From contig JAUVZD010000006.1 in the NCBI GenBank assembly GCA_030602715.1, forward strand, positions 26,465 through 90,464: 64,000 nt of DNA, given 5' to 3'. Position 1 is the stretch's first letter; each line of letters opens with the position of its first letter. Below the pieces are notes generated by a model, which was not told where the DNA came from, searched no databases, and saw only the letters and a program-made list of their open reading frames with translations. Below, piece after piece: positions 1 through 9,166 of the stretch. The position numbers and the translations under genes are program-made. Source of the DNA: Candidatus Coatesbacteria bacterium. GTDB lineage: Bacteria; RBG-13-66-14; B26-G2; JAUVZD01.

Positions 1-249
1 GGTCTTCTTCCATTGCTTTTTCCAGCTCCTCAACGGTGGCGATGTCCCGCCGAAAGTCGCTTTCCACCGAGAAGGAGTCAAGCAATGCCTGAGCGTCCAT
101 AAGTAACGACGCCTGTACAAAAGTCTCCAGGGTATCCCAGGGGGTGGCGTAGCTGGGGACGAAGGGCTCCTCTGCAGGCTCCTTGCAGGTGGCAAGGAGC
201 AGAACCAGGGAAAGTGCTATCAGTAATTTTCTATGATTTATTTTCATTT
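1..249 (-). CDS. Partial (window-truncated) secreted/lipoprotein-like hypothetical protein. The N-terminus is MKINHRKLLIALSLVLLLATCKEP...
   Basis: Reverse-complement translation of 1..249 gives an ATG (247..249), a hydrophobic signal peptide with Cys after LLAT, then an open frame to the window edge. It is not in the ORF track because no stop lies within the window. Confidence 0.5.
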
Positions 250-649
250 GAGATGCTCTCTGAGTCAAGGATGTTTTTCCGATTTAATGAATCTGATGTT
301 TCAAGTTGGGTTGTTATGGAGATGGACAGGGGCTGATAAGAACAGCCCACCCTCTTTTGTGAAAGGTGGGGTGAGATTTGAAGGCCGGTTACCGGACCCC
401 TCATCTCCCAGGGGAAAACTCCACCCCTGCAGGAATTGGCACCTTAAAGGTTGATTCAGGTTGATGAATATCCAACCTTTGGTTGCCAAGGCTTCTTAGG
501 GCCTGTCCCTCAGCCTTTCTGGATAAGAGGTTAACGGCTAATTTAGCAGAAAGTAAAGGTTTTGTCAAGGGAAATTGGGGGGGATTGAGGGGGAGTTTGG
601 GTGTAGCTGATCTGGAAATTTGTGGTTTTACCTCCACCCTTCTATCTCC

Positions 650-678
650 TTGACAAATTCCACCCCCTTCGCTAATAT
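650..678 (+). promoter_or_regulatory. Sigma70-like promoter for the DedA gene: TTGACA, 17-nt spacer, TAATAT
   Basis: ttgaca at 650..655 and taatat at 673..678, with a 17-nt spacer, about 40 nt upstream of the 717 start. Confidence 0.45.
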
Positions 679-716
679 ACTCATCACTATATTCACTCCA
701 TCTGAAGGGGATTTTC

Positions 717-1394
717 TTGGGTCATCTTTTCTCGTTGGTAGAGGCAATCCTTGCGCCGGTGGTGGGCTGGACCATCAATCTGATCAGCTCGCTCTCCTAT
801 TTCGGCGTCATATTGGCTATGGCTATAGAGAGCGCCTGCATTCCCCTGCCCTCGGAGATCATTATGCCCTTCTCCGGCTATCTGGTCTCCACCGGCACTT
901 TCAACTTCCATCTGGTCTCCTGGGCTGGTGCCTTGGGCAATCTGCTCGGATCGCTTTTGGCTTACTATGTTGGCTACTACGGCGGTCGCCCCTTCATTCT
1001 GCGCTTCGGAAAATATATCCTCATCCGCAAAGAGGAGCTCGCCCGCGCCGACCGCTTCTTTGAACGCTGGGGCTCCTGGGCGGTGTTCATCTGCCGGATG
1101 CTTCCCATCGTGCGCACATTCATCTCCCTTCCGGCGGGCATCTCCCGCATGCGTATCGTTCCTTTCATCCTGCTCACCTTCTTCGGCTCCCTGCCCTGGT
1201 GTTATCTACTCACCTACATCGGAAGGGTGATGGGAGAGAATTGGGAGGATATCAGAGGTTACTTCCACCGCTTTGATCTGGTCATCGCCGGCATCCTCCT
1301 ACTGCTCTTCGGCTGGTGGCTGTGGGCTTATCTGAGAAGGCGGAAGAAGAAAACCAAAGAGGATTCCGGGGTAGCAGAAAAGAAGATAGATTGA
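717..1394 (+). CDS. DedA/SNARE-associated (VTT domain) inner-membrane protein
   Basis: Multi-TM 225-aa protein with a DedA-type glycine/proline-rich re-entrant motif region (…GYLVSTGT…LGNLLGSLLAYYVGYYGGRPF…FICRMLPIVRTFISLPAGI…). Confidence 0.7.
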   Translation: MGHLFSLVEAILAPVVGWTINLISSLSYFGVILAMAIESACIPLPSEIIMPFSGYLVSTGTFNFHLVSWAGALGNLLGSLLAYYVGYYGGRPFILRFGKYILIRKEELARADRFFERWGSWAVFICRMLPIVRTFISLPAGISRMRIVPFILLTFFGSLPWCYLLTYIGRVMGENWEDIRGYFHRFDLVIAGILLLLFGWWLWAYLRRRKKKTKEDSGVAEKKID

Positions 1395-1396
1395 CT

Positions 1397-2332
1397 ATGA
1401 AGAATCTTATATTTAACATATATTTTCTTTTCACGATAATACTCCTTCTGGCGATCGCTTTTCTGGAAATCTTCAGGATACTTGACCGGCGAACCAGAAT
1501 AGTCATCGTCATACTTCTGGCAATATTTTTAATTTTCAGCTACCTGTTCTTCACCTTGGTTATCGCCCGGTTTATGGTCTTTGGGCTGGCTCTGTTCATC
1601 GCCACATGTTTGATAATCTTTTATCTCGTATATGGTATCCTATTCTCCAAGAGCGAGATCTGGGGCAAGGTCTTCTGGCATGGGGAGAGTGAGGAGTGGG
1701 CTGTCGCCCTGACCTTTGACGACGGACCCACGCCCCGGAACACGCCGCAGATATTGGAGATACTGGAGAAATTTAACATCAAAGCCACATTTTTTATGGT
1801 GGGGAAAAGCATCCGCCGTTATCGGGAACTTGCCAGGCAGGTGGATTCCGCCGGGCATGCCATCGGCAATCATTCTTTCAGCCATCCGGTTCTGGTCTCC
1901 GAGCGTAAGGGGCAGATTCGCCGGGAGGTGATGCTTACCGACCGCATTATCCGCCAGGTTATCGGCAAGCGTCCCTATATTTTTCGTCCCCCACATGGGT
2001 TCAAGGACCCTCGGGTATTCAACATAGCCAGAGAACTGCAGTATGTTATCGTTTCCTGGTCCAATATGCCGGAAGATTGGAAGGAGATAAGCGCAGAGAA
2101 GATTGCCGAGCGGGTTTTGGAGAGGGCTGAGCCGGGGGATATTATCCTGCTACATGACGGTGACCGGGGGGAGAGAGAGGCTGATAGAACGGAGACGGTG
2201 AAGTCCCTGCCGTTGATAATTGAGGGTATCCTTTCGCAGGGATACGCCTTCAAGACCATACCTGAGATGTTAGGGGAGTCGGAGTGGATTCTGGAAATGA
2301 TTCGCCGCTGGGGCTGGCAGATACCCCACTGA
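1397..2332 (+). CDS. Membrane-anchored polysaccharide deacetylase (NodB homology domain)
   Basis: ATG at 1397 follows the DedA stop. N-terminal TM helices are followed by NodB motifs (ALTFDDGP, HSFSHP, LLHDGD). The track ORF starting at 1316 overlaps DedA, so 1397 is the more likely start. Confidence 0.7.
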   Translation: MKNLIFNIYFLFTIILLLAIAFLEIFRILDRRTRIVIVILLAIFLIFSYLFFTLVIARFMVFGLALFIATCLIIFYLVYGILFSKSEIWGKVFWHGESEEWAVALTFDDGPTPRNTPQILEILEKFNIKATFFMVGKSIRRYRELARQVDSAGHAIGNHSFSHPVLVSERKGQIRREVMLTDRIIRQVIGKRPYIFRPPHGFKDPRVFNIARELQYVIVSWSNMPEDWKEISAEKIAERVLERAEPGDIILLHDGDRGEREADRTETVKSLPLIIEGILSQGYAFKTIPEMLGESEWILEMIRRWGWQIPH

Positions 2333-3504
2333 TAGTCTGCTTTCACGCCGGAATTGGCTACGGTCACACCAAGGGTTCCCAGGCGATAGCAGAGGCGATA
2401 AAATTTCTTAATACGGGGGTGAGGCTGGAGGTTCTGGATTGCCTGGATTTCTCTTCGTCCATTCGTGCCTGGCTGACCAAAAATCTCTATCTGTTCACCG
2501 TTAAGAATTTTCCCCGTCTGTGGGAGAGACTGTATAGTAGCAAGGGGCGTTTCCACCGGCTGAGTTTGTGTTTCTCCCGTTTCCTGATGGTGCGTTCACT
2601 TAGAAAGCGGCTCGGTCGCTTCCTGGGAGACAATCCCGTCGCTTCGGTTATATGTACCCATTTTTTCGCCCCTGCTGCATTGGTCAAATTGCGGGAAAAG
2701 AAAGGTTTTGACTTTAAAATATTTGTAGCCATCACCGACTACGACGCTCATCCCTTCTGGAGTATGCCCGGTGTTGACGGCTACTTTGTCGCCAATGATA
2801 CCGCCAAGAAGCGATTGATGAAAGTTGATGTCCCCCGGGAGTTGGTCAAAGTCAATGGTGTGCCCATAGAGATGAAGTATATGCGCTGGCGCCCCAGGGA
2901 TTTAGCCCGCCGTAAGCTGGGGCTCTCCCGCAGGCGGGAGGGAGTGTTGGTCGTCGGCGGGGGCGATGGTCTTGGTCCCATCTATAAGCTGGTGGAGGGA
3001 TTGGACAGACGCTTGAAGGACGCTTTGATACTGGTCGTCTGCGGAAAGAATGAGAGACTGCGCAGAAGATTGGAGGATTATTCACCCGTTGGCGACAATG
3101 AGATAAAGTTATACGGTTTTGTGGATTATATGGACATGATGTATGATGCCTGCGATCTGGTGGTGACCAAGCCGGGGGGAGTTACCTCTGCAGAGCTGTT
3201 GGCAAAGGGTGTGCCGGTGGTCAGCATGGAGATTTTCGGAGGTCAGGAACGGCGCAACCTGGAGTATCTGCACCATTCCGGTGGACTCTTTGAGGTGGGC
3301 GATGTTGAAGAAGGTGTGGAGAGGGTTGCTGAGCTTTTACCCAGGAAGAAATACCTGGCAAAGTTGAAGCGACGCATGCGCCGTTTTGCTCGCCCGGACT
3401 CCTCTCTGCTCATCGCCGGACAGGTGCTCTCCGCCCTGGGGCTTCCCCCCACGCCCAAAAAACCCACCCCCAAAGAGGAACCCAGGAAAACATCGGGAAG
3501 TTAA
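2284..3504 (+). CDS. Glycosyltransferase family 28, MGDG-synthase/UgtP-like (diacylglycerol glycosyltransferase)
   Basis: N-terminal FHAGIGYGHTKGSQAIAEAI and DYDAHPFW motifs are typical of the MGDG_synth N-domain plus the GT28 C-domain. The only in-frame ATG (2284) overlaps the deacetylase by 49 nt. Confidence 0.6.
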   Translation: MDSGNDSPLGLADTPLIVCFHAGIGYGHTKGSQAIAEAIKFLNTGVRLEVLDCLDFSSSIRAWLTKNLYLFTVKNFPRLWERLYSSKGRFHRLSLCFSRFLMVRSLRKRLGRFLGDNPVASVICTHFFAPAALVKLREKKGFDFKIFVAITDYDAHPFWSMPGVDGYFVANDTAKKRLMKVDVPRELVKVNGVPIEMKYMRWRPRDLARRKLGLSRRREGVLVVGGGDGLGPIYKLVEGLDRRLKDALILVVCGKNERLRRRLEDYSPVGDNEIKLYGFVDYMDMMYDACDLVVTKPGGVTSAELLAKGVPVVSMEIFGGQERRNLEYLHHSGGLFEVGDVEEGVERVAELLPRKKYLAKLKRRMRRFARPDSSLLIAGQVLSALGLPPTPKKPTPKEEPRKTSGS

Positions 3505-3509
3505 GAACC

Positions 3510-4820
3510 GTGCTTTATACCGACGCATTAGAATTTCTATATTCCTTCGTGGACTATGAGCGGCAGGAGATAACCCCCAGAGCCACCCGGGACTTTGACC
3601 TGGAGCGCTTCGCCCGTCTGCTCCATCTGTTGGACAAGCCGCAGGATTCCTTCAGGATAGTCCATATCGCCGGCACCAACGGCAAGGGTTCCACCGCTGC
3701 GATTCTGGCTAATATACTCTCCAACGCCGGTCTTCGTGTGGGGCTATACACCTCCCCCCATCTCAAGCACATTCGGGAGCGCATACGGGTGGACGGAGTG
3801 GATATAAACCGGGAGGAGTTCGCAGAGGGAATTGAGCAAATCCAGATGAAGCACTCCTTGTTGGATGGGAGTCAAGGGGGTTACCGCACCGTCTTTGAGA
3901 TCGTAACCGCTCTGTCTTTGCTTTACTTTCAGAGGCGTAATGTGGATTGGGCGGTGGTGGAAGCCGGGTTGGGCGGTCGGCTGGATGCCACCAACGTGCT
4001 CACTGCCGAGATGACCCTGCTTACACCTATAGACATAGACCATAGCAGAATCCTCGGTGAAACCCTGTCCGAGATAGCCACCGAGAAGGTGGCAATCATC
4101 AAGCCGGGAACGTTAGCCCTCTCCGCTCCCCAGAAGCCTGCCGTCAGGAGGGTTTTGTTTTCTAAAGGGGATGAACTGGGCGTTAGCGTGCGCATTTTAG
4201 GTCGGGACTATGAATATCAGGTATTACGGGCGGATTTATCCGGCACTGACTTTCTCCTGGAGGGGAAGGAGTATCAAACAACGCTTCTCGGAGGCTACCA
4301 GGTGATCAATTGCGCTCTGGCTGGTGCTGCCATTCTCTATCTACAAGAGAAGGGGTTGGTTGATGGTATTGAGGGGGCAATTGCCCCTGGCTTTCAAAAT
4401 CCTCGCTGGCCCGGTCGTCTGGAGGTCTGGGCGGGAAAGCCCACCTTAGTTTTTGACGGAGCGCACAACCCCGGCGGTGCTGAACAGTTGGCTCGCTCAT
4501 TTAAGGAGCTTTTCGGTGAGGAGAAGTGTGTGTTGGTTTTAGGGGTAACCAGGGGAAAGGATGCGGTGGGAATCGCATCTGCCCTGGCGCCTTTGGCACA
4601 TGCGGTCGTTATCACCCAGGCTGATTTCCCCCGGGCTATGCCGGCGGGTCAGCTTGCGAGAATTGTGGGTGAATATATAGACAATGTGAGGGTTGAGGAG
4701 AGGATGATGTACGCCCTGGAGGTGGCTAAAGAGCTTTCCTGCGGCAATCGCCCAATTCTGGTCGCCGGCTCGCTATATCTTATCGGCGATGTCCAGCGAA
4801 AACTGTCTCCTGATGACTGA
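3510..4820 (+). CDS. folC: Folylpolyglutamate synthase / dihydrofolate synthase
   Basis: HIAGTNGKGST P-loop, Mur-ligase-family central and C-terminal domains, 436 aa. GTG start. Confidence 0.8.
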   Translation: MLYTDALEFLYSFVDYERQEITPRATRDFDLERFARLLHLLDKPQDSFRIVHIAGTNGKGSTAAILANILSNAGLRVGLYTSPHLKHIRERIRVDGVDINREEFAEGIEQIQMKHSLLDGSQGGYRTVFEIVTALSLLYFQRRNVDWAVVEAGLGGRLDATNVLTAEMTLLTPIDIDHSRILGETLSEIATEKVAIIKPGTLALSAPQKPAVRRVLFSKGDELGVSVRILGRDYEYQVLRADLSGTDFLLEGKEYQTTLLGGYQVINCALAGAAILYLQEKGLVDGIEGAIAPGFQNPRWPGRLEVWAGKPTLVFDGAHNPGGAEQLARSFKELFGEEKCVLVLGVTRGKDAVGIASALAPLAHAVVITQADFPRAMPAGQLARIVGEYIDNVRVEERMMYALEVAKELSCGNRPILVAGSLYLIGDVQRKLSPDD

Positions 4821-4835
4821 AAGACGGAGTGAGGC

Positions 4836-5363
4836 TTGAGACCATCACAGGTTACATCCATGTTGGCTAAAGAACTGGTGGTGCAAGCCCTCCTTGTTGA
4901 GGGACGCAGTCTGTTGCTCACAGTTTCTGGAAGTTCCATGGAGCCCAATATTCTGGACGGTGATCTGGTGGATGTAGCGCCCATAGATGAAATCAGCAAA
5001 CTAAAAATCGGCGATGTGGTCCTGTTTGAGGAATATGGGGTGCTAATGCTTCATCGGGTTCTTAGGATTTATAGGAAAAGGGCACTTCTCAAGGGAGATG
5101 GAGCGTTGTTGAGCGAGGGAGCGGTCGCCTGGGACTTAGTTGTGGGTCGGGCGGAGAGCATTCGTCGGGGGGAGAGGGAGTACGACCTGAGGGGTTTGCG
5201 TGCAGGCAGTCGCGCCAGAGCCTGGGCAGGGATATCCCACCTGGTGGATTTTCTATTTAGATTGCTGGCGAGGATCAGTTGGGGGTTGGGGGGACGGGGT
5301 TCGTCAGCCCTGCGATGGGTCCTTCTCTTTCTTTCACGCATATTCAGATTGCCCTTGACTTGA
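4836..5363 (+). CDS. S24/S26-family peptidase-like protein (LexA C-domain or signal-peptidase-like Ser nucleophile motif)
   Basis: The motif TVSGSSMEPNILDGDLVDV resembles the GxSMxP…DGD catalytic region of the S24/S26 clan. The remainder is Arg-rich with no clear match. Confidence 0.35.
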   Translation: MRPSQVTSMLAKELVVQALLVEGRSLLLTVSGSSMEPNILDGDLVDVAPIDEISKLKIGDVVLFEEYGVLMLHRVLRIYRKRALLKGDGALLSEGAVAWDLVVGRAESIRRGEREYDLRGLRAGSRARAWAGISHLVDFLFRLLARISWGLGGRGSSALRWVLLFLSRIFRLPLT

Positions 5364-5431
5364 GCATAGAGCATTTAATATAATCAGTGGAAATGTATGA
5401 GCTTTTTGTAGTTTCACCGAAGGGGAATGCA

Positions 5432-6022
5432 ATGCGAATATCATTAATCCTGCTGGTGCTTATTTCAATTTTGAGCTGGGGAGGAGCTTATTGTGCACAG
5501 ATGGAACTTCCCCGCACAGCTGTCCTGGGGGAGGAGATCACCCTTGCCCTCACTCTTGATGGAGCGGAGGTATGTCTGGTCTTTACCCCGTATGAAGGCG
5601 GGGAGGCTTTCACCTACTCCTGCTTCTTTAGGGACGGGACCTTCCCCATAGATACCGGCAGATTTGCCCCCGGCAGTTACCTTGTGGAGCTGAGGGATGA
5701 TGGCGACGGAGAAATCCTGGACAGCACTATATTGATTATTACCACTGAGCCGGTATTCCAGTTAACCGACATCTATACCCGCCCCAATCCTTTTGACCTG
5801 ACCGCTACCAACCCCAGAGTTGAGTTCGTCAATGTTCCTCCCTGGGCTACGGTGCGCATCTTTGACCTGGGCGGGGAGTTGGTCATCAACTTGACCGGTA
5901 ATCCCATCTTGTGGGACGGTCGCAACCAGGACGGAGATTTTGTCAGCGCCGGTAGCTACATCTACCTGGTGGAAGATGAAAGCGGTAATGAATTCGTGGG
6001 AAAGATGGCGGTGTTAAAATAA
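5432..6022 (+). CDS. Secreted protein with a C-terminal FlgD-Ig/T9SS-type sorting-like domain
   Basis: ATG at 5432 is preceded by gaagggga. Signal peptide MRISLILLVLISILSWGGAYC. C-terminus …RPNPFDL…VRIFDLGGELV…GDFVSAGSYIYLV. The track ORF from 5387 is an in-frame upstream extension. Confidence 0.5.
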   Translation: MRISLILLVLISILSWGGAYCAQMELPRTAVLGEEITLALTLDGAEVCLVFTPYEGGEAFTYSCFFRDGTFPIDTGRFAPGSYLVELRDDGDGEILDSTILIITTEPVFQLTDIYTRPNPFDLTATNPRVEFVNVPPWATVRIFDLGGELVINLTGNPILWDGRNQDGDFVSAGSYIYLVEDESGNEFVGKMAVLK

Positions 6023-6024
6023 CT

Positions 6025-7125
6025 ATGCCGAAAGCTGTTGTCCTGTTGCTTCTGGTGGGGATGTTCATAGCTCTGGTCACTATGACCGGGGCGATTGATT
6101 TGGTCTCGGTAAGCGCTTTCCCCCATCTGACCTACACCCGCCTGGAGTTTACCTTTGATGGTGAGTTTGAGGTCGCCCAAAAGCCAGCACCTGAGGGGGG
6201 ATTGCGTTTCGTGGTAGCAACGGTCGGAATCGGTGATCTCCTCTCCTTACCCGATCTGTCTGTGGATAGGCTGGTTACGGGCGTATCGGTGGAGGGGACC
6301 GCACAGGGGCTGGAGCTATGCCTGGCTACTTCAATCTTTGCCGACCGCTTTGAGGCTTATGCGACTTCCGACCCGGATAGGTTGGTGGTCAAGGTTTATC
6401 GCAAGTTGGTCAACCTGGAGGAATATGCCACTTTACAGAGACGATTGGAAGCCGTCAGGGGGATGAAGATTCTTCTGGTTGATGATGACGACGGGATAAA
6501 TAATGGGAATATTCTCGGGGGAGTGGATGTAGATGGGATATATGAGAAAATCTTGACCGAAAACCTTATCACCTATGATATTCTGCGGGTGGGACACGGC
6601 TCTGCGGGTCCCTCCTACGACAAACTGAAGGACTATGACTGCGTCATCTGGTTTACCGGCATAGACGCCCTTCCATGTCTGCTCTGTTCCGCAGACCAGT
6701 CCAACTTGACCGGCTTTTTAGAGGGGGGAGGGCGCTTGCTATTGGTCAGCCAGAATTACCTCTCCGAGTTGGGGGTGAAGAACCCTACCGCCAATCTGGC
6801 TTTCAAGATGGGTATATGCAAGATAAAAGCGGACACTCAGGAGACCGATGTCTTTGGGGCTGAAGGGAGTTTCGCCTGGGGGCTGGCATTGGATTTGGAT
6901 TACAGGTTCAGGCCCGGGGGAAACTGGGGGGACGGCTTTGAGATTTCCGATAGTTCCTACAGCCGGGCGGTGCTTGTTGGGGATGATGGCAGATACTACG
7001 GCTTGCAAGGTGAGGTAGGACGAGGGAATTTTGTATTCTTTTCGGTGGCTTTTGAGAATGCCTCCATGCCCGTAGATCGGGAGGAGTTATTTTTGGCAGC
7101 CCTCGGCTGGTTAACGGGAAAATAA
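6025..7125 (+). CDS. Secreted/membrane-anchored hypothetical protein, 3 nt downstream of the 5432 gene
   Basis: N-terminal hydrophobic helix, 366 aa, no confident family assignment. Co-oriented with the upstream gene and nearly abutting it. Confidence 0.4.
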   Translation: MPKAVVLLLLVGMFIALVTMTGAIDLVSVSAFPHLTYTRLEFTFDGEFEVAQKPAPEGGLRFVVATVGIGDLLSLPDLSVDRLVTGVSVEGTAQGLELCLATSIFADRFEAYATSDPDRLVVKVYRKLVNLEEYATLQRRLEAVRGMKILLVDDDDGINNGNILGGVDVDGIYEKILTENLITYDILRVGHGSAGPSYDKLKDYDCVIWFTGIDALPCLLCSADQSNLTGFLEGGGRLLLVSQNYLSELGVKNPTANLAFKMGICKIKADTQETDVFGAEGSFAWGLALDLDYRFRPGGNWGDGFEISDSSYSRAVLVGDDGRYYGLQGEVGRGNFVFFSVAFENASMPVDREELFLAALGWLTGK

Positions 7126-7138
7126 AGATGAGTTTAAC

Positions 7139-7166
7139 TTGACTTGTCCTTCTGCCTGTGATAAAT
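7139..7166 (+). promoter_or_regulatory. Sigma70-like promoter: TTGACT, 16-nt spacer, ATAAAT (a TATAAT follows immediately downstream)
   Basis: ttgact at 7139..7144 and ataaat at 7161..7166, about 30 nt upstream of the 7195 start. Confidence 0.4.
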
Positions 7167-7194
7167 TTATAATGAGATTGAAAAGGAACTCAGT

Positions 7195-8031
7195 TTGATG
7201 TTATTCCCCACGACGAAATTTCTCATTTTGGCGGGTAATCTTATGAGTTTACTGAAATGCTTGGCGACCCTCTTTCTGGTTTTGGCTTTTGCCGGAAGTG
7301 CTTTGGGAGTTGCCATAACATACCAGTTTCAAACCGATCCACCGGAGCCCCAACCCATCGGATTGACCTATGACGGTAACTATCTTTGGGTTATGGGCCT
7401 AGTGAGCGGGGAACTCTATAAATACAGCACGGATGGCACTCTCATTGGCTCCTATACTCCGATTCCCACGATTACCTGGGTAACCGGGCTGGCTTATATC
7501 CCCGACGAGTACAGTATTTATGCCCTGAGGAATAACTATCCTGACCTTTCTGTGTATTCCATTTTTCTGTTTAATTTTCACACCGAAAATCTCTTCTCCG
7601 TCTCCATCTCATATCCTAATGGCTTGGCTTACGATGGTGATGATGGGCTGTGGATAGGTTCATCTAACTACGACCGATATGTTTATGGATTGGATATGAA
7701 CGGCGTGGAGTGGACCAGTTTTCCCACTTTGGCGAAGTACCCCTATGGGGTAATGACCGACGGGACCTATGTCTATGTCCTGGGTTACCAGGACGGGAAA
7801 ATTTGGAAGTACGATACGGACGGCAACACAATTTACGAAGACCCTTTTCCCCTGGACCCGCTCTTTGAGGTCGGTGAAGAGCACAATTACTGTGGTAATC
7901 TAGTATGGGCTGGGGACGGCGTCTTCTATCAGTCCTGTCGGGATACCTTTACCATATATAAAATTGACCTGAATGTAGAAGAAGCCGTTCAACCAAACAG
8001 CATCGGTTACATCAAAGCCTTGATGCGTTGA
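7195..8031 (+). CDS. Secreted beta-propeller-repeat protein of a paralog family (GLTYDGNYLWV…), sharing its C-terminal tail with the 37873 gene
   Basis: Signal peptide, then repeated Trp/Tyr/Asp/Gly-rich blade-like segments. Clearly paralogous to 37873..38691 (shared GLTYD…LWV segment and C-terminal SIGYIKALMR versus SLGEIRALFK). Confidence 0.55.
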   Translation: MMLFPTTKFLILAGNLMSLLKCLATLFLVLAFAGSALGVAITYQFQTDPPEPQPIGLTYDGNYLWVMGLVSGELYKYSTDGTLIGSYTPIPTITWVTGLAYIPDEYSIYALRNNYPDLSVYSIFLFNFHTENLFSVSISYPNGLAYDGDDGLWIGSSNYDRYVYGLDMNGVEWTSFPTLAKYPYGVMTDGTYVYVLGYQDGKIWKYDTDGNTIYEDPFPLDPLFEVGEEHNYCGNLVWAGDGVFYQSCRDTFTIYKIDLNVEEAVQPNSIGYIKALMR

Positions 8032-8064
8032 TGGTGGTCAGGCTTTTTCAGGAAGACCGACTAT

Positions 8065-8925
8065 ATGGCTGAGAATCTTCTCCCTCCTCGGATGAACATA
8101 GCGGACATCTCGTTTTTACTTGCTCTGCAAAACGAAGGACAGAGGGAGATAGTAGAAGGTTATTTAGACCATTCCGAAGCTCTGAGCGATAATATATACA
8201 AAATCGCTTTCTTTGAGCACGGAAAATATTTTAACCGACCCCCGGGTTACGAACCCACTTACGAAAGCCCTTATTATTATCGTGGGGGTGGTTTGGTTCA
8301 TTATCTGTGGAGCCAGACATTCTTTGGGTTCATTGATCTTCTGGTAAAGAGGGGACGTTTCTTTTTTTCCAGTAATAAGGAGCTTTTTGCAGAACCTTTT
8401 CTGCGTTTCTGCTCCGCTTGGGCTCTCTTCGATGGTGCCGGATTAATGTTCCATTCCGCTGGGTTGTCTCTTGCCGGATGCGGACTTCTCTTTCCTGCCC
8501 GACCGGAGGGGGGAAAGAGCACCATATGCAGTTTATCTTTGGGGTTGGCGGAAGTATTATGCGATGAGATGAACGTAGCCCGGCGCAGAGCCGACGGTTG
8601 GTATCTGTGGGGAACCCCCTTCTGGGGAGATGCGGATTCGGGAAGTAGGATTAGTCAGGGATTTCCCTTAAAGGCTATACTCTTCCCCCATAAAGACAAA
8701 AGATTTTGGCTGAAGAGGTGCGACGGCTCCAGCGCAGTTATCGGAATCCTTGCCAACATCCTTATGTTTGGACGCTCTGCGCAGGTTGGAAGGAAAGCTT
8801 TTGAGCTTGCCTGGGATATGGCGTTGAATGTCCCCACTTTTGACTTTGGGTTTACTCAGAGTAAAGATTTGGTATCCTATCTGAGGGAGAATCTTGTCGG
8901 AAAAATTTGCACAGAATCCCAATAG
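8065..8925 (+). CDS. HPr-kinase/phosphorylase C-terminal-domain-like P-loop protein (HprK-related kinase)
   Basis: 286 aa with a mid-protein Walker-A-like LFPARPEGGKSTICS, comparable to GxSGxGKSE of the HprK C-domain. First gene of the overlapping kinase-PqqD-rSAM set. Confidence 0.45.
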   Translation: MAENLLPPRMNIADISFLLALQNEGQREIVEGYLDHSEALSDNIYKIAFFEHGKYFNRPPGYEPTYESPYYYRGGGLVHYLWSQTFFGFIDLLVKRGRFFFSSNKELFAEPFLRFCSAWALFDGAGLMFHSAGLSLAGCGLLFPARPEGGKSTICSLSLGLAEVLCDEMNVARRRADGWYLWGTPFWGDADSGSRISQGFPLKAILFPHKDKRFWLKRCDGSSAVIGILANILMFGRSAQVGRKAFELAWDMALNVPTFDFGFTQSKDLVSYLRENLVGKICTESQ

Positions 8926-9166
8926 TGCCTTTCGCATCATAGACGGTGAGGCGGTCATACTCGTCCCTGAAAGGCAGACGCTCCATCGTTTGGCTGATGT
9001 TGGACTGCGAGTGTGGGAGCTAGCCTGTGAGGGCAAGGCAGAGGAGGAGATAAGTAAGCAGATTGCCGAGGAGTATGAGGTAGAAGCGGATAAGGCGGAG
9101 CGGGAGGCAAAGGAATTTTTGGAACTTTTGGTGAAAAATGGCATTATCATCCCCCAGAGTGAGTGA
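8894..9166 (+). CDS. PqqD-family protein (RiPP recognition element / peptide chaperone)
   Basis: 90 aa with the pattern FRIIDGEAVILVPERQTLHRLADVGLRVWELACEGKAEEEI…ELLVKNGII, typical of PqqD/RRE proteins. Overlaps both flanking genes. Confidence 0.65.
   Translation: MSEKFAQNPNSAFRIIDGEAVILVPERQTLHRLADVGLRVWELACEGKAEEEISKQIAEEYEVEADKAEREAKEFLELLVKNGIIIPQSE

Noticed and set aside
250-649. About 400-nt spacer upstream of the DedA promoter with short minus-strand ORFs (301..489, 401..637), checked for an RNA gene
   Set aside because: No tRNA-like cloverleaf, riboswitch consensus or strong hairpins recognised. The small ORFs have no RBS and no coding-like composition.
620-1230. Plus-strand ORFs 620..1063 and 928..1230 and minus-strand ORFs overlapping the DedA gene
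   Set aside because: Alternative-frame and antisense ORFs of a GC-rich coding region. The Arg/Ala/Ser/Pro-rich translations are typical of spurious GC-frame ORFs, and the DedA frame shows clear family motifs.
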